Of a DNA stretch of 64,000 nt, positions 39,746 to 50,316 are shown piece by piece. The stretch is from positions 58,159-122,158 of the IMG/VR virus record IMGVR_UViG_3300000228_000002, one strand, 5' to 3'. The notes under the pieces are model-generated. The model was not told the DNA's origin, searched no databases, and saw only the letters and a program-made list of their open reading frames with translations. Made by a program: the position numbers and the translations under genes. Position 1 is the stretch's first letter. The number at the start of each line of letters is the position of its first letter. Source of the DNA: a virus.

Positions 39746-39957
39746 ATATCCAGTATTTAAGACTTATGCTACCCATGCAGAAAGAATGGAGGCACAGTGC
39801 TTTACTTTCTCACTGTTGTATGGTGTGAAGCCAAAATAATTTCCGAGATTTAGGTACTTTGTTTAACTAGATTGTCAAAAAACCACTGAAGCATTTTGGT
39901 TTCATATCCTATTGTAACCCACTGAACCACATTTCCACAATAGGTTATTTTTAATCC

Positions 39958-40326
39958 ATGAAAGACGAAAAACTATCAAAAATTAAAGCCCTAGCCCAAG
40001 CCTCAGAATCGATCAATATAGCGATTGCCAATGAGCTTGACGACAGTAACCTTTCACCTAATACAGCTGATGATATATCTGCTCGTTACTGGCTTATGAG
40101 TTGCCTTGAGCCACTTAACCGGAAAGAGCTTAAATCTATTGTTGATGGTTTCTTGGTTCCAATGCTAAATGATGAACAAGCTAAAAAGATCGTCAAATTT
40201 TTATTAGTTAGATTTCCTCATTACTACAAAGAATTCACTGAACCACAACCTGATCCTACAACAGAAGTAAATGTGGTGAAGGTAGAACCTACAAAGATTG
40301 AAGTTCCAAGAGAATTCAAGCCTTAA
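39958..40326 (+). CDS. hypothetical protein
   Basis: 122 aa ORF. Confidence 0.6.
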   Translation: MKDEKLSKIKALAQASESINIAIANELDDSNLSPNTADDISARYWLMSCLEPLNRKELKSIVDGFLVPMLNDEQAKKIVKFLLVRFPHYYKEFTEPQPDPTTEVNVVKVEPTKIEVPREFKP

Positions 40327-40667
40327 AAGCTTTCTACTCTAAACTCGGCTATTGCCTTACCCAATTCCTGGAAGCTTTCAGGTTTAGACCTAAATACACC
40401 ATTTTTGAATAATGAACCATCGGAATTAATTCTGATATCAAGCTTCTTACATGTGGTAGTGATAGCTTCTTCTAAAGAAGGGTGCCACTCAAAGTCTTGG
40501 ACGAAATACCAACTTTTGCTTTTAATGACTTGAATTTGTTCGGGATTGGAATTGCTGATTTTTCGAATTTTCTGAATCTTGCCCTCTTTATCTAAGAGGG
40601 TATCATGAAGAGAATGCTCCCAAAAGTTCATCAAATATTGTACTACTTGTTTCTCTTCTGGGAGCAT
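40323..40667 (-). CDS. hypothetical protein
   Basis: ATG immediately after the HU stop. Confidence 0.6.
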   Translation of the reverse strand: MLPEEKQVVQYLMNFWEHSLHDTLLDKEGKIQKIRKISNSNPEQIQVIKSKSWYFVQDFEWHPSLEEAITTTCKKLDIRINSDGSLFKNGVFRSKPESFQELGKAIAEFRVESF

Positions 40668-40671
40668 GATA

Positions 40672-40944
40672 TTACGCGCCTTTAACTGCAGCTTTAAGCT
40701 TAGAACCGGCTTTGAACTTAGGAACATCCGTAGCAGGATATTTCACTTTTGTTCTAGTAGCAGGGTTGAAAGATTCGCGCTCTTTCTTATGTACCTTTTC
40801 GAAAGTACCGAAACCAAGGAATGCTACCTTGTTACCAGCAGCTACTTCCGAAGTAATAGCTTCAAGAACACCTTGAACTAGTTCTTTGGCTGCTTTCTTG
40901 CTGATGTTATGGGCTGTTGCCACTTTTTCTACTACTGCTTCCAT
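40672..40944 (-). CDS. hup: HU histone-like DNA-binding protein
   Basis: AGGAGG SD; GFGTF, FNPAT, PKFKAGSKLK. Confidence 0.93.
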   Translation of the reverse strand: MEAVVEKVATAHNISKKAAKELVQGVLEAITSEVAAGNKVAFLGFGTFEKVHKKERESFNPATRTKVKYPATDVPKFKAGSKLKAAVKGA

Positions 40945-40987
40945 TGTTATCCTCCTAAGGATAGGTATATGGTGCTTGTTAATCAAA

Positions 40988-41248
40988 TCACCAGTTATTT
41001 ATTGGACATCGTTCTGCTTTCAATCCGGCTTTAATACTAATAAAGCATCCGCAAACCGTGCACCTTGTCTTATCAAGATGCCGACAGTTTTTACAAATCT
41101 CGATTCTTTTAGAAACCGTACCTTCGTCTGCAACCACTTTACCACTTTTGATGGCACTTGCTATTACATTTGAAACTGATAAAACTAAATTACCGACCTG
41201 CCTTTTTAGAGAAGGCTTTGTTAATTTGGGTTTAGTGCAACATGACAT
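40988..41248 (-). CDS. small Cys-rich zinc-binding protein
   Basis: RIEICKNC...RCTVCGCF..K......CP..W. Confidence 0.7.
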   Translation of the reverse strand: MSCCTKPKLTKPSLKRQVGNLVLSVSNVIASAIKSGKVVADEGTVSKRIEICKNCRHLDKTRCTVCGCFISIKAGLKAERCPINNW

Positions 41249-41270
41249 AATACACCTTTTAGGAAAAGAG

Positions 41271-41951
41271 ATGACTAATAAGAAACATAAACCTGCTGGG
41301 TTATCAATTCAGCCAGTAGAAATAGAGGATAATGCAGACAGATTATCCACGAAAGACTTTATCGACGAGTTTGGTGATTCAGCCCTTGCATCTGCTATGA
41401 GCAATCTCCCAACCACCTCCAATAGTGCTTCTATGGAGGGTGGTCTGCAGGCAGTGATTGATGCTGCTAAAGACCTAATGCGTGAAAGAGAAGCCAGTGC
41501 ACTTTCTAGAGTTGATGTCCTTAAAGAGCAGACCGACTCACTAGGTCGATGTGTCTTTCTAGCCTCTCAAATTTACGAAAATTCGCCTATTCCAGATCAT
41601 GCATACCAACTCTCAGCCCTGACATCTGCATTCAATGCATCGTTAGCACAAGTTGAGAAAATGAATGATCCGGTCCAAACCTTCAATCAGATTAATGAGT
41701 TGATGGAGGCCATGTTCACCGAGTTTGTCTCTAAAATGGCAGTTGGTATTGATAGAGTTAGGAAGGATCTAGGGAAGCAAAATCCTGATCTCATAAATTC
41801 AGTCAATGCACACTTCGAAAGAATGTTAAGAGAAATGTCACCCGAAACAAGTGCAAACTATGATAAATTACAAACAGAACTTAGAAAAATCCTTGGTATC
41901 AGACAAAAGAAACCAGGCAATGGAAGCAATTCTCAAAGTGGGCAACCCTGA
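41271..41951 (+). CDS. helical protein upstream of terL (possible small terminase)
   Basis: Position and helical character only. Confidence 0.45.
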   Translation: MTNKKHKPAGLSIQPVEIEDNADRLSTKDFIDEFGDSALASAMSNLPTTSNSASMEGGLQAVIDAAKDLMREREASALSRVDVLKEQTDSLGRCVFLASQIYENSPIPDHAYQLSALTSAFNASLAQVEKMNDPVQTFNQINELMEAMFTEFVSKMAVGIDRVRKDLGKQNPDLINSVNAHFERMLREMSPETSANYDKLQTELRKILGIRQKKPGNGSNSQSGQP

Positions 41952-42019
41952 GGTAATACATATCTGGAAGATGGTGTTATCAGACAAGAGGTTATACTTA
42001 GTCGAAGAAAGGGTAGAGA

Positions 42020-44920
42020 ATGGCGGACAGGAAACTCAAAGAATTTGATCCATCGAAACTAATCACAGATTTTGCTGATGGGGGAATGGATGCCTCTCTC
42101 TTCGAAAATGTGGATGAAAGTTCATTCAAGAAAGCTCCAAACTTTTTGGAGTTCTGCATTGGACCAGACTATCTCAATGCTACAATCCTACCACGACAGA
42201 TAGAAATTGGAACAAAGCTATTTGCTGAATGGTGTCCTAAGTGTTCCACTCCAGGATACATCGATAATCTGTATGACCAAGACATTTCTGAAATCAGGGA
42301 GAATATAACCTTCCTTAAGAACGGGTTATGCCCTTCTTGTGGCTCGAACAGGTTCCAAATGATTTCCGAGGGACTATTGGAAGATTACAACGAGTTAGCC
42401 TGTTGTATGGGTCAGAGATGTATCCCGAAAACGTCGTGGGTATATACTCACAACGGTATCATCAGAATGGACAAGGTTGAGAGGGGAGACATCCTATCCC
42501 ATGGCTATGCCCACGACGTGGTGCAATCTGGGATGCTTAAACAGCTCAAGTTAGAAACCGAAGTAGGGTGGACTCTGGTCGGATCCAGGGATAGCCACAT
42601 TGTACCAGTATATGAGAGTGGTATAGTTATCGATACAAAAATTTCCGATGTCAAGATAGGCGACAAAGTGTTGATCGTTAGTCCAGACCTCTGGCCGTCG
42701 CTAGAATATTCAGTACCAAATAAATACTACAAATTTCCCAGAACTTTTGATAATGCCCTATGCTCATTTCTGGGACTAATCTGCAGAGATCATGTCAGAA
42801 CCGAAAAAGGCATAGAATACACCAATCGTGAAATGCAACCTAATTTCAAAGAGATGCTACACGATCTGTTTGGTATCACTCCTACAAAAATGGAGAATGG
42901 TAACCTATTGATCACGGGCGAATTCGTCGAGTGGTTCGACGCAATCTCCGAGGGAAGTAGAATCCCAGAGGGTATATTCAGAACTACTCAGGAGGCAACA
43001 TCAGCCTTCCTTACTACCTTCTTCAATAGAGATTGGACGCTGGTAGATCCGGAAAATGCAGAGGGGGACCTTTATCTCCAATACAGTATTGACCAAGGTG
43101 TTGATGTTGATCGACTAAAGTTGTTGATGTTGAATCTAGGAGTCATGACCGTAGTTCGAAAGACTGATAATCAGGACTTAATGTTTTCTATATCCATGAT
43201 CACTGAAGATGATAAGATTCTTGAAATGATGAGTCGTGGATATTTCCCTGTAACCGTCACCAACATAGTTGAAGATGTTGAAGTAGAAATGATGGATCTA
43301 GTTGTACCGAATGCCAACGTATACGTGGCTGACGGATTTCTACACCACAACTCAGGTAAATCAAAGCTTGTAGGTCTGATCGCCAACTATGTTACACACT
43401 GGTTCCTAACAATACCTAATCCAATCAGATTGTTCAACCAATCTGCAGGTGACATTATTGGTATATCATTTGCTGGTCTATCTGAGGAAAAGGTAGAGAA
43501 AAACCTTTGGTCTGCATACATTGGCTTCATGGATAGTTCGCCATGGTTTCAAAGGTATCACCAGTTTCTACAAGACAAGGGCAAAGAGAAGAAACAAGAA
43601 TTATTCAAAAAGAGAAACTCATACATTCAATACAACCACAAGAAATTGTGGATCGACTTCTATGGTTCCAAAGGTACGTCTCTTCGAGGTGACACCAGAG
43701 GCATGGGATCTATCGATGAGTTATCATGGTTGTTAACGGACGAAGAGTCGGGCGGTGGTTCTCACGGTAATGCAGATGCTATGCATGAAGCTATGGGTAA
43801 CTCTCTTTCCACATTGAGGGCTAAGAGACTTCAAATTTTCAATGAGAAGAATTACGATATACCGCCAATTTTGATGGTAAATATTTCATCCCCACGATCT
43901 TCTAAAGACAAAATGATGCAGTTGGTGAAGGCTAGTAGAACCGACTCCAACATTTTGGGGTATCAACTTCCTTCATGGTTATGTAACCCAGATTACACTG
44001 AGGTTTCACTTCGCAAGATGTATGCGTCGATTGATGCAGCCAAATTCTATAGAGATTATGGGGCTGAACCACCTATTGAGTCCAACCCATTTCTCAGTGA
44101 ACCCAATCTGATAGATAGAATAGCCCTGGCAGCAAATTGTCCTTATTACTCATTCAAAATAGAGAAGGATATTGACACTCTAGGGGACAAGTTCCTATAT
44201 GCCAAGCTAGATATCAAGCAAAGAGATAATTCCCCGAGACTGTTGTCATTCGATTTAGGTACTACGAACAACGCCTTCACAATGTGCGTATTCAAAGTGG
44301 ATCAAGATGCTAGACCTGTATTGGAACATGGTCTAATTATCAAACCGAAAGACGGTCACAAAATCCATTTTCCTTGGATTTACGACAATGTCACAGTTCC
44401 GTTAATCAAAAACTTCAATGTGAAATTCGTGTTCTTCGATCAATGGCAATCTCTAGATCAAGTTATGAGACTGAGAGACAGTGGAACTGAAGCATTCCAA
44501 TATTCGATGAAGTATGCAGATATCGACCAAGTAAGAGGTATGATATCTAACAGATCGGTATTGATACCCAAGATGAGAAAGACTATGGCAGAGCACCTCA
44601 AGGCCTGGAGAGAGTCGGATGAGTATCTTCCCGACGATCTATCTGGTGCATTGGGGATCCAGCTATTAACTGCTAGAGATATGGGAGTCAGGTTCATCAA
44701 ACCAACTGTTGGTGATGATGACTTTTTCCGTAGTTTCTGTTTAGGGGTGTGTAAGCTTACCGATCTCAAAGTGATTAAGAAACTCATGCAAAAAGAGACT
44801 GGCCAATCTCATAGTGGAGGAATTGGAACAATCATGTCGTTCAAGGGTGGTGGGTCAGTAGTCTCCACTGGTGGTTCGTCTATCGGTATCATAGGTAGTC
44901 GTGGAGGGAAAAGACGGTAG
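42020..44920 (+). CDS. terL: terminase large subunit, intein-containing
   Basis: GQR|SGKS Walker A, LRG.T...IDE Walker B, ISSP, RNase H-like SFDLG, FDQWQS, DD. Confidence 0.88.
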   Translation: MADRKLKEFDPSKLITDFADGGMDASLFENVDESSFKKAPNFLEFCIGPDYLNATILPRQIEIGTKLFAEWCPKCSTPGYIDNLYDQDISEIRENITFLKNGLCPSCGSNRFQMISEGLLEDYNELACCMGQRCIPKTSWVYTHNGIIRMDKVERGDILSHGYAHDVVQSGMLKQLKLETEVGWTLVGSRDSHIVPVYESGIVIDTKISDVKIGDKVLIVSPDLWPSLEYSVPNKYYKFPRTFDNALCSFLGLICRDHVRTEKGIEYTNREMQPNFKEMLHDLFGITPTKMENGNLLITGEFVEWFDAISEGSRIPEGIFRTTQEATSAFLTTFFNRDWTLVDPENAEGDLYLQYSIDQGVDVDRLKLLMLNLGVMTVVRKTDNQDLMFSISMITEDDKILEMMSRGYFPVTVTNIVEDVEVEMMDLVVPNANVYVADGFLHHNSGKSKLVGLIANYVTHWFLTIPNPIRLFNQSAGDIIGISFAGLSEEKVEKNLWSAYIGFMDSSPWFQRYHQFLQDKGKEKKQELFKKRNSYIQYNHKKLWIDFYGSKGTSLRGDTRGMGSIDELSWLLTDEESGGGSHGNADAMHEAMGNSLSTLRAKRLQIFNEKNYDIPPILMVNISSPRSSKDKMMQLVKASRTDSNILGYQLPSWLCNPDYTEVSLRKMYASIDAAKFYRDYGAEPPIESNPFLSEPNLIDRIALAANCPYYSFKIEKDIDTLGDKFLYAKLDIKQRDNSPRLLSFDLGTTNNAFTMCVFKVDQDARPVLEHGLIIKPKDGHKIHFPWIYDNVTVPLIKNFNVKFVFFDQWQSLDQVMRLRDSGTEAFQYSMKYADIDQVRGMISNRSVLIPKMRKTMAEHLKAWRESDEYLPDDLSGALGIQLLTARDMGVRFIKPTVGDDDFFRSFCLGVCKLTDLKVIKKLMQKETGQSHSGGIGTIMSFKGGGSVVSTGGSSIGIIGSRGGKRR
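42419..43351 (+). mobile_element. intein (311 aa) in the terminase Walker A
   Basis: Starts CIPKTSWV, ends MMDLVVP..NVYVADGFLHHN|S. Confidence 0.9.
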
Positions 44921-44945
44921 TTAATTTGTAGGAAAGGACATTTAA

Positions 44946-45293
44946 ATGAAAGCTAAGAATCTTATTTCCATCTACAGCATCAACACGATGAACACTACTG
45001 TAGCCCACATTGAAGAAAGCATTCCGGACATTGAAAAAATGGAACCCGAGAAAGCAGTGGCAGAAATCAAAAAAGTAGTTCTTGCTAACGAGACTCAGTT
45101 AATGCAACAAGAAATCGATAATGCAGAGCTACTCAAAATCTCTAAGTGCAGAATTTGCCAACGTCCAGGTGAACTAATAACCTTAATGAGAAATAGACCC
45201 GTTTATTTTTGTAAAGCCCACAATATTGTAAACCCAATACCAGTGGAAATCATTAAAAAATATGGATTTGATTATACTCCTACTCAAGAATAG
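44946..45293 (+). CDS. Zn-binding hypothetical protein
   Basis: CRIC...FCKAH; lies between terL and portal. Confidence 0.6.
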   Translation: MKAKNLISIYSINTMNTTVAHIEESIPDIEKMEPEKAVAEIKKVVLANETQLMQQEIDNAELLKISKCRICQRPGELITLMRNRPVYFCKAHNIVNPIPVEIIKKYGFDYTPTQE

Positions 45294-45313
45294 TCAAAAC
45301 GGTAAAAGTCTAT

Positions 45314-47389
45314 ATGCTTCTAAAGTTTAACCAACACCCTTATTATGCCGGAAACAACCAACAATCAACAACGGCTGGGGTTGCAAGGCATCGTAGTAAT
45401 CAATCAACCGTAGCAAATAACGGTGGTTATAGAGGCAGTGGTGCCAACATTGATATGTATAACCCGATCTATGATAGACTCGACGAGGGTTCTATTATTG
45501 AGGATTGGATTCCACGGGATGCCTCTGGTCTAAACCAAATGTTTTCTCTCATGTATCATAGAGATCACATTGCCGGTTCTGTTGTGGACATTATTTCCGA
45601 TCTTATTTGGTCTGATTTCGACTTAGTCGGTATCGATGATCCCGAAATTAAGAAAGTTTACCTAGACTCTATGACCAATATGAACATTCTGGCAGCACTT
45701 CCGGCTCTTACTAAGGAATTCTTGGTATTAGGTCGATCTGTTACTTCTATGATCTTCGATTCCAGAAAAGGTGTATTCACTGATTTGATCTCCCACGATC
45801 AGTCTTTCATAAGAATGACTCCGATTCCAGTTTTCGGTTATGACCCTAAACTTGATCTACTTCCATCGCCAGGACTTAAGAAATTCTTAGAATCTTCTGA
45901 CCCTAGGGACTTGGATGCTAAACAGGCTATCCCAGCAGGTTACATACAGGCTATGGCTGGAGGTTCAACTGAGGGTATTCCTCTTGATCCTATCAGTACA
46001 TTGTTTATGCCAAGACGTGTATTCAATTATGACTACGTCGGAACATCTCTATACACAAGACTTATCTCATTTTGGGCACTTGAAAAAGCCCTAATTAATG
46101 CTACTATGTCTGCAGCACGTAGACGATCGAGTCCAATTCTTCACGTCAAGGTTGGCCTTGAGAATCAATGGAGACCTACAGATGGGGAACTTTCTGAAAT
46201 TGCTGGACTTTTCCTTTCAGCTGATCAAGATCCTGTGGGAGCAATTGTCACAACTCGTAACGGAGTTGAAGCCTCGGAAGTCAAATCCGGAACCGATTTC
46301 TACAAATGGTCAGATGAGTGGCAAATGCTTACCGAGGGAAAAATGCGAGCATTGGGAGCCAACGATTCGCTTTTGAGTGGTGAGGCTACTTATACCAATC
46401 AAGAATCAGCCCGATCTTTCCTAATGGAAAAAGCTTCTTCTCTCAGAGATGTAATCACTAACAGAGTATTCTATAGAAAGTTGTTCCCGCTTATTGCACG
46501 TCTTCATGGCTTCGTTAAGAATGGTGGAGAAGTGAAGTCTGGTGTCAAACCAACTCAAAGAGAACTTCTGTCTATTCCTGAATCCGATCTAATTATCCCT
46601 ACAATTGTATGGCGTAAGGATCTAGTCCAGGATGCAAACACTGCCAAACTCGATATCCTTGAAAAGATGGAAGAGAAAGGCGTCCCTATCACTATCAAAA
46701 ACTGGGCTGCTGCAGGTGGTATTAACCTCAACGACCAATTATCTGAGATGGATATTGATACCCAAATTAGAAACAAGATTGCAGAATGGAAGAGAAATTC
46801 AGCAGTTCAGGACTTTGATCCTGCTACTGAAGCTCAAAGAAAATTCATACAAGACCTCAAGACTACTGCTACTGCAGGAATTAAAAAACAGTTGAGAGGA
46901 GTTAAAAACGAGATGGGATCTGCTGCTAGCTATCCTTTCTGGTCTAAAGATGGTACTTTTGCTAACATTACTGCCAAAGAATTAAACACAGTGGTTAAAG
47001 GTATAGACCCATCTTCTGACAATGCAAGAGTATTGCTTGATGCATTAGCCATGAGAAACTACCTAGTTACTATTCTTAAAGATCCGAGCAAAGCGGCTAC
47101 AGCACACTATTTACTCTTCAGAACTGGCCTAACACCTATTGCCCCAGCACTTGAGAAGAACCATATAGGGAAAATCTCTGAGGCCATCGATAAGGCTGCA
47201 GTGGAGTACGTCACTGGTGGTGCATCTGCTATTCAAATGGCAGAAATAGTAAACACTGAGATTAAAACTATCAGGTCATGTGATTCAATTCACAAAGCTG
47301 AAGCCATGAAATCACTTCAATCGACTGTCTCGAAGCTATATGCTACACAAGACAGAGTTTCCGGAAGTAGCCTGTATTCTGGGATGTAA
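45314..47389 (+). CDS. portal protein
   Basis: Follows terL; 691 aa, portal-like G..D.LLSGEATY.N segment. Confidence 0.65.
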   Translation: MLLKFNQHPYYAGNNQQSTTAGVARHRSNQSTVANNGGYRGSGANIDMYNPIYDRLDEGSIIEDWIPRDASGLNQMFSLMYHRDHIAGSVVDIISDLIWSDFDLVGIDDPEIKKVYLDSMTNMNILAALPALTKEFLVLGRSVTSMIFDSRKGVFTDLISHDQSFIRMTPIPVFGYDPKLDLLPSPGLKKFLESSDPRDLDAKQAIPAGYIQAMAGGSTEGIPLDPISTLFMPRRVFNYDYVGTSLYTRLISFWALEKALINATMSAARRRSSPILHVKVGLENQWRPTDGELSEIAGLFLSADQDPVGAIVTTRNGVEASEVKSGTDFYKWSDEWQMLTEGKMRALGANDSLLSGEATYTNQESARSFLMEKASSLRDVITNRVFYRKLFPLIARLHGFVKNGGEVKSGVKPTQRELLSIPESDLIIPTIVWRKDLVQDANTAKLDILEKMEEKGVPITIKNWAAAGGINLNDQLSEMDIDTQIRNKIAEWKRNSAVQDFDPATEAQRKFIQDLKTTATAGIKKQLRGVKNEMGSAASYPFWSKDGTFANITAKELNTVVKGIDPSSDNARVLLDALAMRNYLVTILKDPSKAATAHYLLFRTGLTPIAPALEKNHIGKISEAIDKAAVEYVTGGASAIQMAEIVNTEIKTIRSCDSIHKAEAMKSLQSTVSKLYATQDRVSGSSLYSGM

Positions 47390-47501
47390 ATCCGAAAACT
47401 TACTTTATTAACAAGTGCTTATAAAGTGGGAAGCATCAAAGTATTCCAACCCGCCATTTTTTAATAGTTAGAAATGGAATACGACATAGTGATGTAGGAT
47501 T

Positions 47502-49607
47502 ATGATAATTCGCAGGTACAATCCTCTTTACATGAAGCCGTCTACGTTGGAACCGTATGTTCCGTATAATCTTCCTATATACTGGGGTCCAGACCCTGCT
47601 GCAGGAATTTCATATGGATCGTACGAAAATGGAGCCAAGTCGGTAGTTGTAACTAAGAAGCAAGACAAAGTATTTTGTCCTGTTACTGGTAAACAAATGA
47701 CCTTCATTGGTGACGTTGAAGTAGTGGATTTCGAGTCGGCAAAGGCAGAAGTATTGAGTCAACACTCAATGACATGTTCTTGCGACCAAAGTTCATTTGC
47801 CAATTTTGATGTTTCAGAAGAAGATGGATTGTATTGTTGGAATTGTGGTAATTCTCTAGGAGAAAAGAAGACTATGAGCAAATCAAAAGAGACGCGGAAG
47901 TCTATTGAGGCTAAGTTGGCTACGGCTAATGATGCCCCGTCAGAGGAGTTCGTCAATATTGACCAGCTTCTGACAGAACTCGACGATGAGGCTGAAAAAG
48001 AAGAAGCCCCTGAGTCTACAACTGAGGAAGCACCTGTTGAGGAATCAACTGAGGCACCAGCTGAACCTATGGAAGCCGTTGAGGCACCTGAGTCAACTGA
48101 AGCACCAGCTGAAGAATCAATTGAAGCACCAGCACTTGAAGCACCTGCTGAGGAATCAACTGAGGCACCAGCTGCTGATCTAGCTCCAGAGGCACCTGCT
48201 ACACCGGCTGAGCAAGCTGCTGAGCAAGCTGCTGAAGAAGTTAGTGAGGAAGTGGCTGAAGAAGTTGCTCAAGAAGTGGCCGAAGAAGTTACTGAAAAGC
48301 TCCAGGATCAGATTGATGATCTTAAAGATGACGAGAAAGAAGAACAGGAAATGGTCGACCTTGACATCGTTTTATCTATGGTAAACGCTGAAAAGGAAGG
48401 CGAGGAACTGATCGACCTCTCTGAAGTAATTGAAATGGCAAAAAACGAAATTAAAACCAATGCTGAGGCAAATATGAAAACTCAAAAAACTGAGAAACAA
48501 AAAACAATAGCACGTATCCGTGCTAAGTCTAGAGCTCGTCTACTCCAAAAGCGTGTTAAAGCTGAATTAGAAGCCAAGAAGGCTCAAGCTGAAGCACCTG
48601 TTCTTGAAGATCTACCAGAAGTAAAAATTCCGGCTGAACAGAAGGAACACAAAGTTGCTGAAGTTCCTAGCAAAGACATTAAAGATGCTGCTGAGTCAGC
48701 TCCTGCTAACGTAGAACTTTCTGACGTTCGTGAACTTGAAGATTCTGAAGGTAAGAAGCTTATGGAAGAAGTAGCTACTGATCCATCAGAGGCTCTTAAG
48801 TACGAATCTGTTGCAAGCTTCGAATCTCTTGCTAACACTTCTAAGAACGATATCGAGCTTATTCTCTTCGGAGAGAAGTCAGAGAATCCTACTTGGGTAG
48901 TTTTCGCTAAGACACTTCCTGTTGCTAAGATCGAGCTTTCTTCTCAAGAACATGCTAAGATCATCCGTCCATCATTCGTTGAAGCTGACTATGCGTCTGA
49001 CTTCATCAATGCTGCTTCTCAAGATGGTCTTGTTAGCACACTGAAGACTGCTAATGCACACTTCTATGCTAACCACATTTCTGATAAAGCAGTAGCTGAT
49101 CGTTACGAAGCTAAAGCTCAAGAAAAAATTGATGCTTTCAAAGCTCAAGCAGAAACAAAACTTCGTGCAGACCTTATGGGTGCACTTGATGTTGTTACTG
49201 TTGGTATGAACAAGAATCTTTACAAAGATGTTGGACATCCGCTTAAAGAAGCTCTTTTCGAGTCAATGGTACTTGCTGGTATGCCAGAAAATACTGCTGA
49301 GTCTGTTATCGATGCCTCTTTCGCTAATGCTTCTTCAGAGTACTACCAAGTAGTTTTCGAGAAAGCTCTTGCTTTCATGAATATGAATGATACTGCTAAG
49401 AATGAAGTAAAAGCTATGATCTCTGATGCAAACATTGTTCAAGCATCTGAGAATCAAGAGCCTGCTACTCTTTCTGAAAGACTTGGTCGTGCTTCTTCTG
49501 TTGCATCTTTGACTGGTGGATATAAGCCATCACTTCAAGTTGAATCTTCAATCAAGATCGACAAAGATGCTTACAAAGCAAGACTTAAGAAAGTTATCAA
49601 GAATTAA
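47502..49607 (+). CDS. prohead scaffold/core-like protein
   Basis: N-terminal Zn ribbons, acidic E/A/P repeats, coiled coil; follows the portal. Confidence 0.55.
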   Translation: MIIRRYNPLYMKPSTLEPYVPYNLPIYWGPDPAAGISYGSYENGAKSVVVTKKQDKVFCPVTGKQMTFIGDVEVVDFESAKAEVLSQHSMTCSCDQSSFANFDVSEEDGLYCWNCGNSLGEKKTMSKSKETRKSIEAKLATANDAPSEEFVNIDQLLTELDDEAEKEEAPESTTEEAPVEESTEAPAEPMEAVEAPESTEAPAEESIEAPALEAPAEESTEAPAADLAPEAPATPAEQAAEQAAEEVSEEVAEEVAQEVAEEVTEKLQDQIDDLKDDEKEEQEMVDLDIVLSMVNAEKEGEELIDLSEVIEMAKNEIKTNAEANMKTQKTEKQKTIARIRAKSRARLLQKRVKAELEAKKAQAEAPVLEDLPEVKIPAEQKEHKVAEVPSKDIKDAAESAPANVELSDVRELEDSEGKKLMEEVATDPSEALKYESVASFESLANTSKNDIELILFGEKSENPTWVVFAKTLPVAKIELSSQEHAKIIRPSFVEADYASDFINAASQDGLVSTLKTANAHFYANHISDKAVADRYEAKAQEKIDAFKAQAETKLRADLMGALDVVTVGMNKNLYKDVGHPLKEALFESMVLAGMPENTAESVIDASFANASSEYYQVVFEKALAFMNMNDTAKNEVKAMISDANIVQASENQEPATLSERLGRASSVASLTGGYKPSLQVESSIKIDKDAYKARLKKVIKN

Positions 49608-49636
49608 GCTGATCTGCCAAGTGTAGAAACAGTCAC

Positions 49637-49661
49637 GGAGACCCCTTAAATGGGGCCTCTG
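49637..49661. terminator. hairpin between convergent genes
   Basis: GGAGACCCC-TTAAAT-GGGGCCTCT. Confidence 0.45.
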
Positions 49662-49951
49662 CTTATTTCTGATACGTGTTGTTTATCTCGTCCACAAGTA
49701 CGTATTCCTGATTCCAATATCGTCCTAAGTCGATCAGATTGGACTTGATCGAAAAATATTGGCATACCTGTGGCTTCTAATTCCTGCACTGGCAATTTGA
49801 ACATACCTTTCTCATCACTACGTATGTTCGTTATCACTATGCCCTGCAATTTTGGATTAGACGGAAGTACGTCTCTATAGGCTATAGATAGGGTTAAAGA
49901 GTTATAGTAACCACTCTTCTTTGTAAGAATTTCCAATACTATCTCTTTCAT
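49646..49951 (-). CDS. hypothetical protein
   Basis: ATGA-coupled, GGAGG SD. Confidence 0.6.
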   Translation of the reverse strand: MKEIVLEILTKKSGYYNSLTLSIAYRDVLPSNPKLQGIVITNIRSDEKGMFKLPVQELEATGMPIFFDQVQSDRLRTILESGIRTCGRDKQHVSEISRGPI

Positions 49952-50187
49952 TTTCCCTCCTTGACTAGGGCTTCTTTTAGCTTGTCATAGTAGTCCAAAT
50001 CACCCCTTTTGGCAATTACAGATCCATTGTCCACCAAAAGCGATAATACACTAAGACCGTCTTTACACTTTGCCAATTTGTGGCCAGCTATAATGGCAGC
50101 ACTTCGAATAGTGTATTCTACAGATTTCCTCAGTCGAAGCATGATATCCTGGATTACCCTTGCATGGTATAGTATTTCGATGTTCAT
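49948..50187 (-). CDS. hypothetical protein
   Basis: 79 aa ORF with AAGGGG SD. Confidence 0.55.
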   Translation of the reverse strand: MNIEILYHARVIQDIMLRLRKSVEYTIRSAAIIAGHKLAKCKDGLSVLSLLVDNGSVIAKRGDLDYYDKLKEALVKEGK

Positions 50188-50316
50188 AGATACCCCTTTT
50201 ACACAGTATACAATCCACTATATTTTTCATATTATCTTTTTCATAAATGCTATAGTGTTTATTCTAGGTAAATACAGTAGCCTAAATTTGTTAATTAAAC
50301 TCTATAGGAGAGATTT

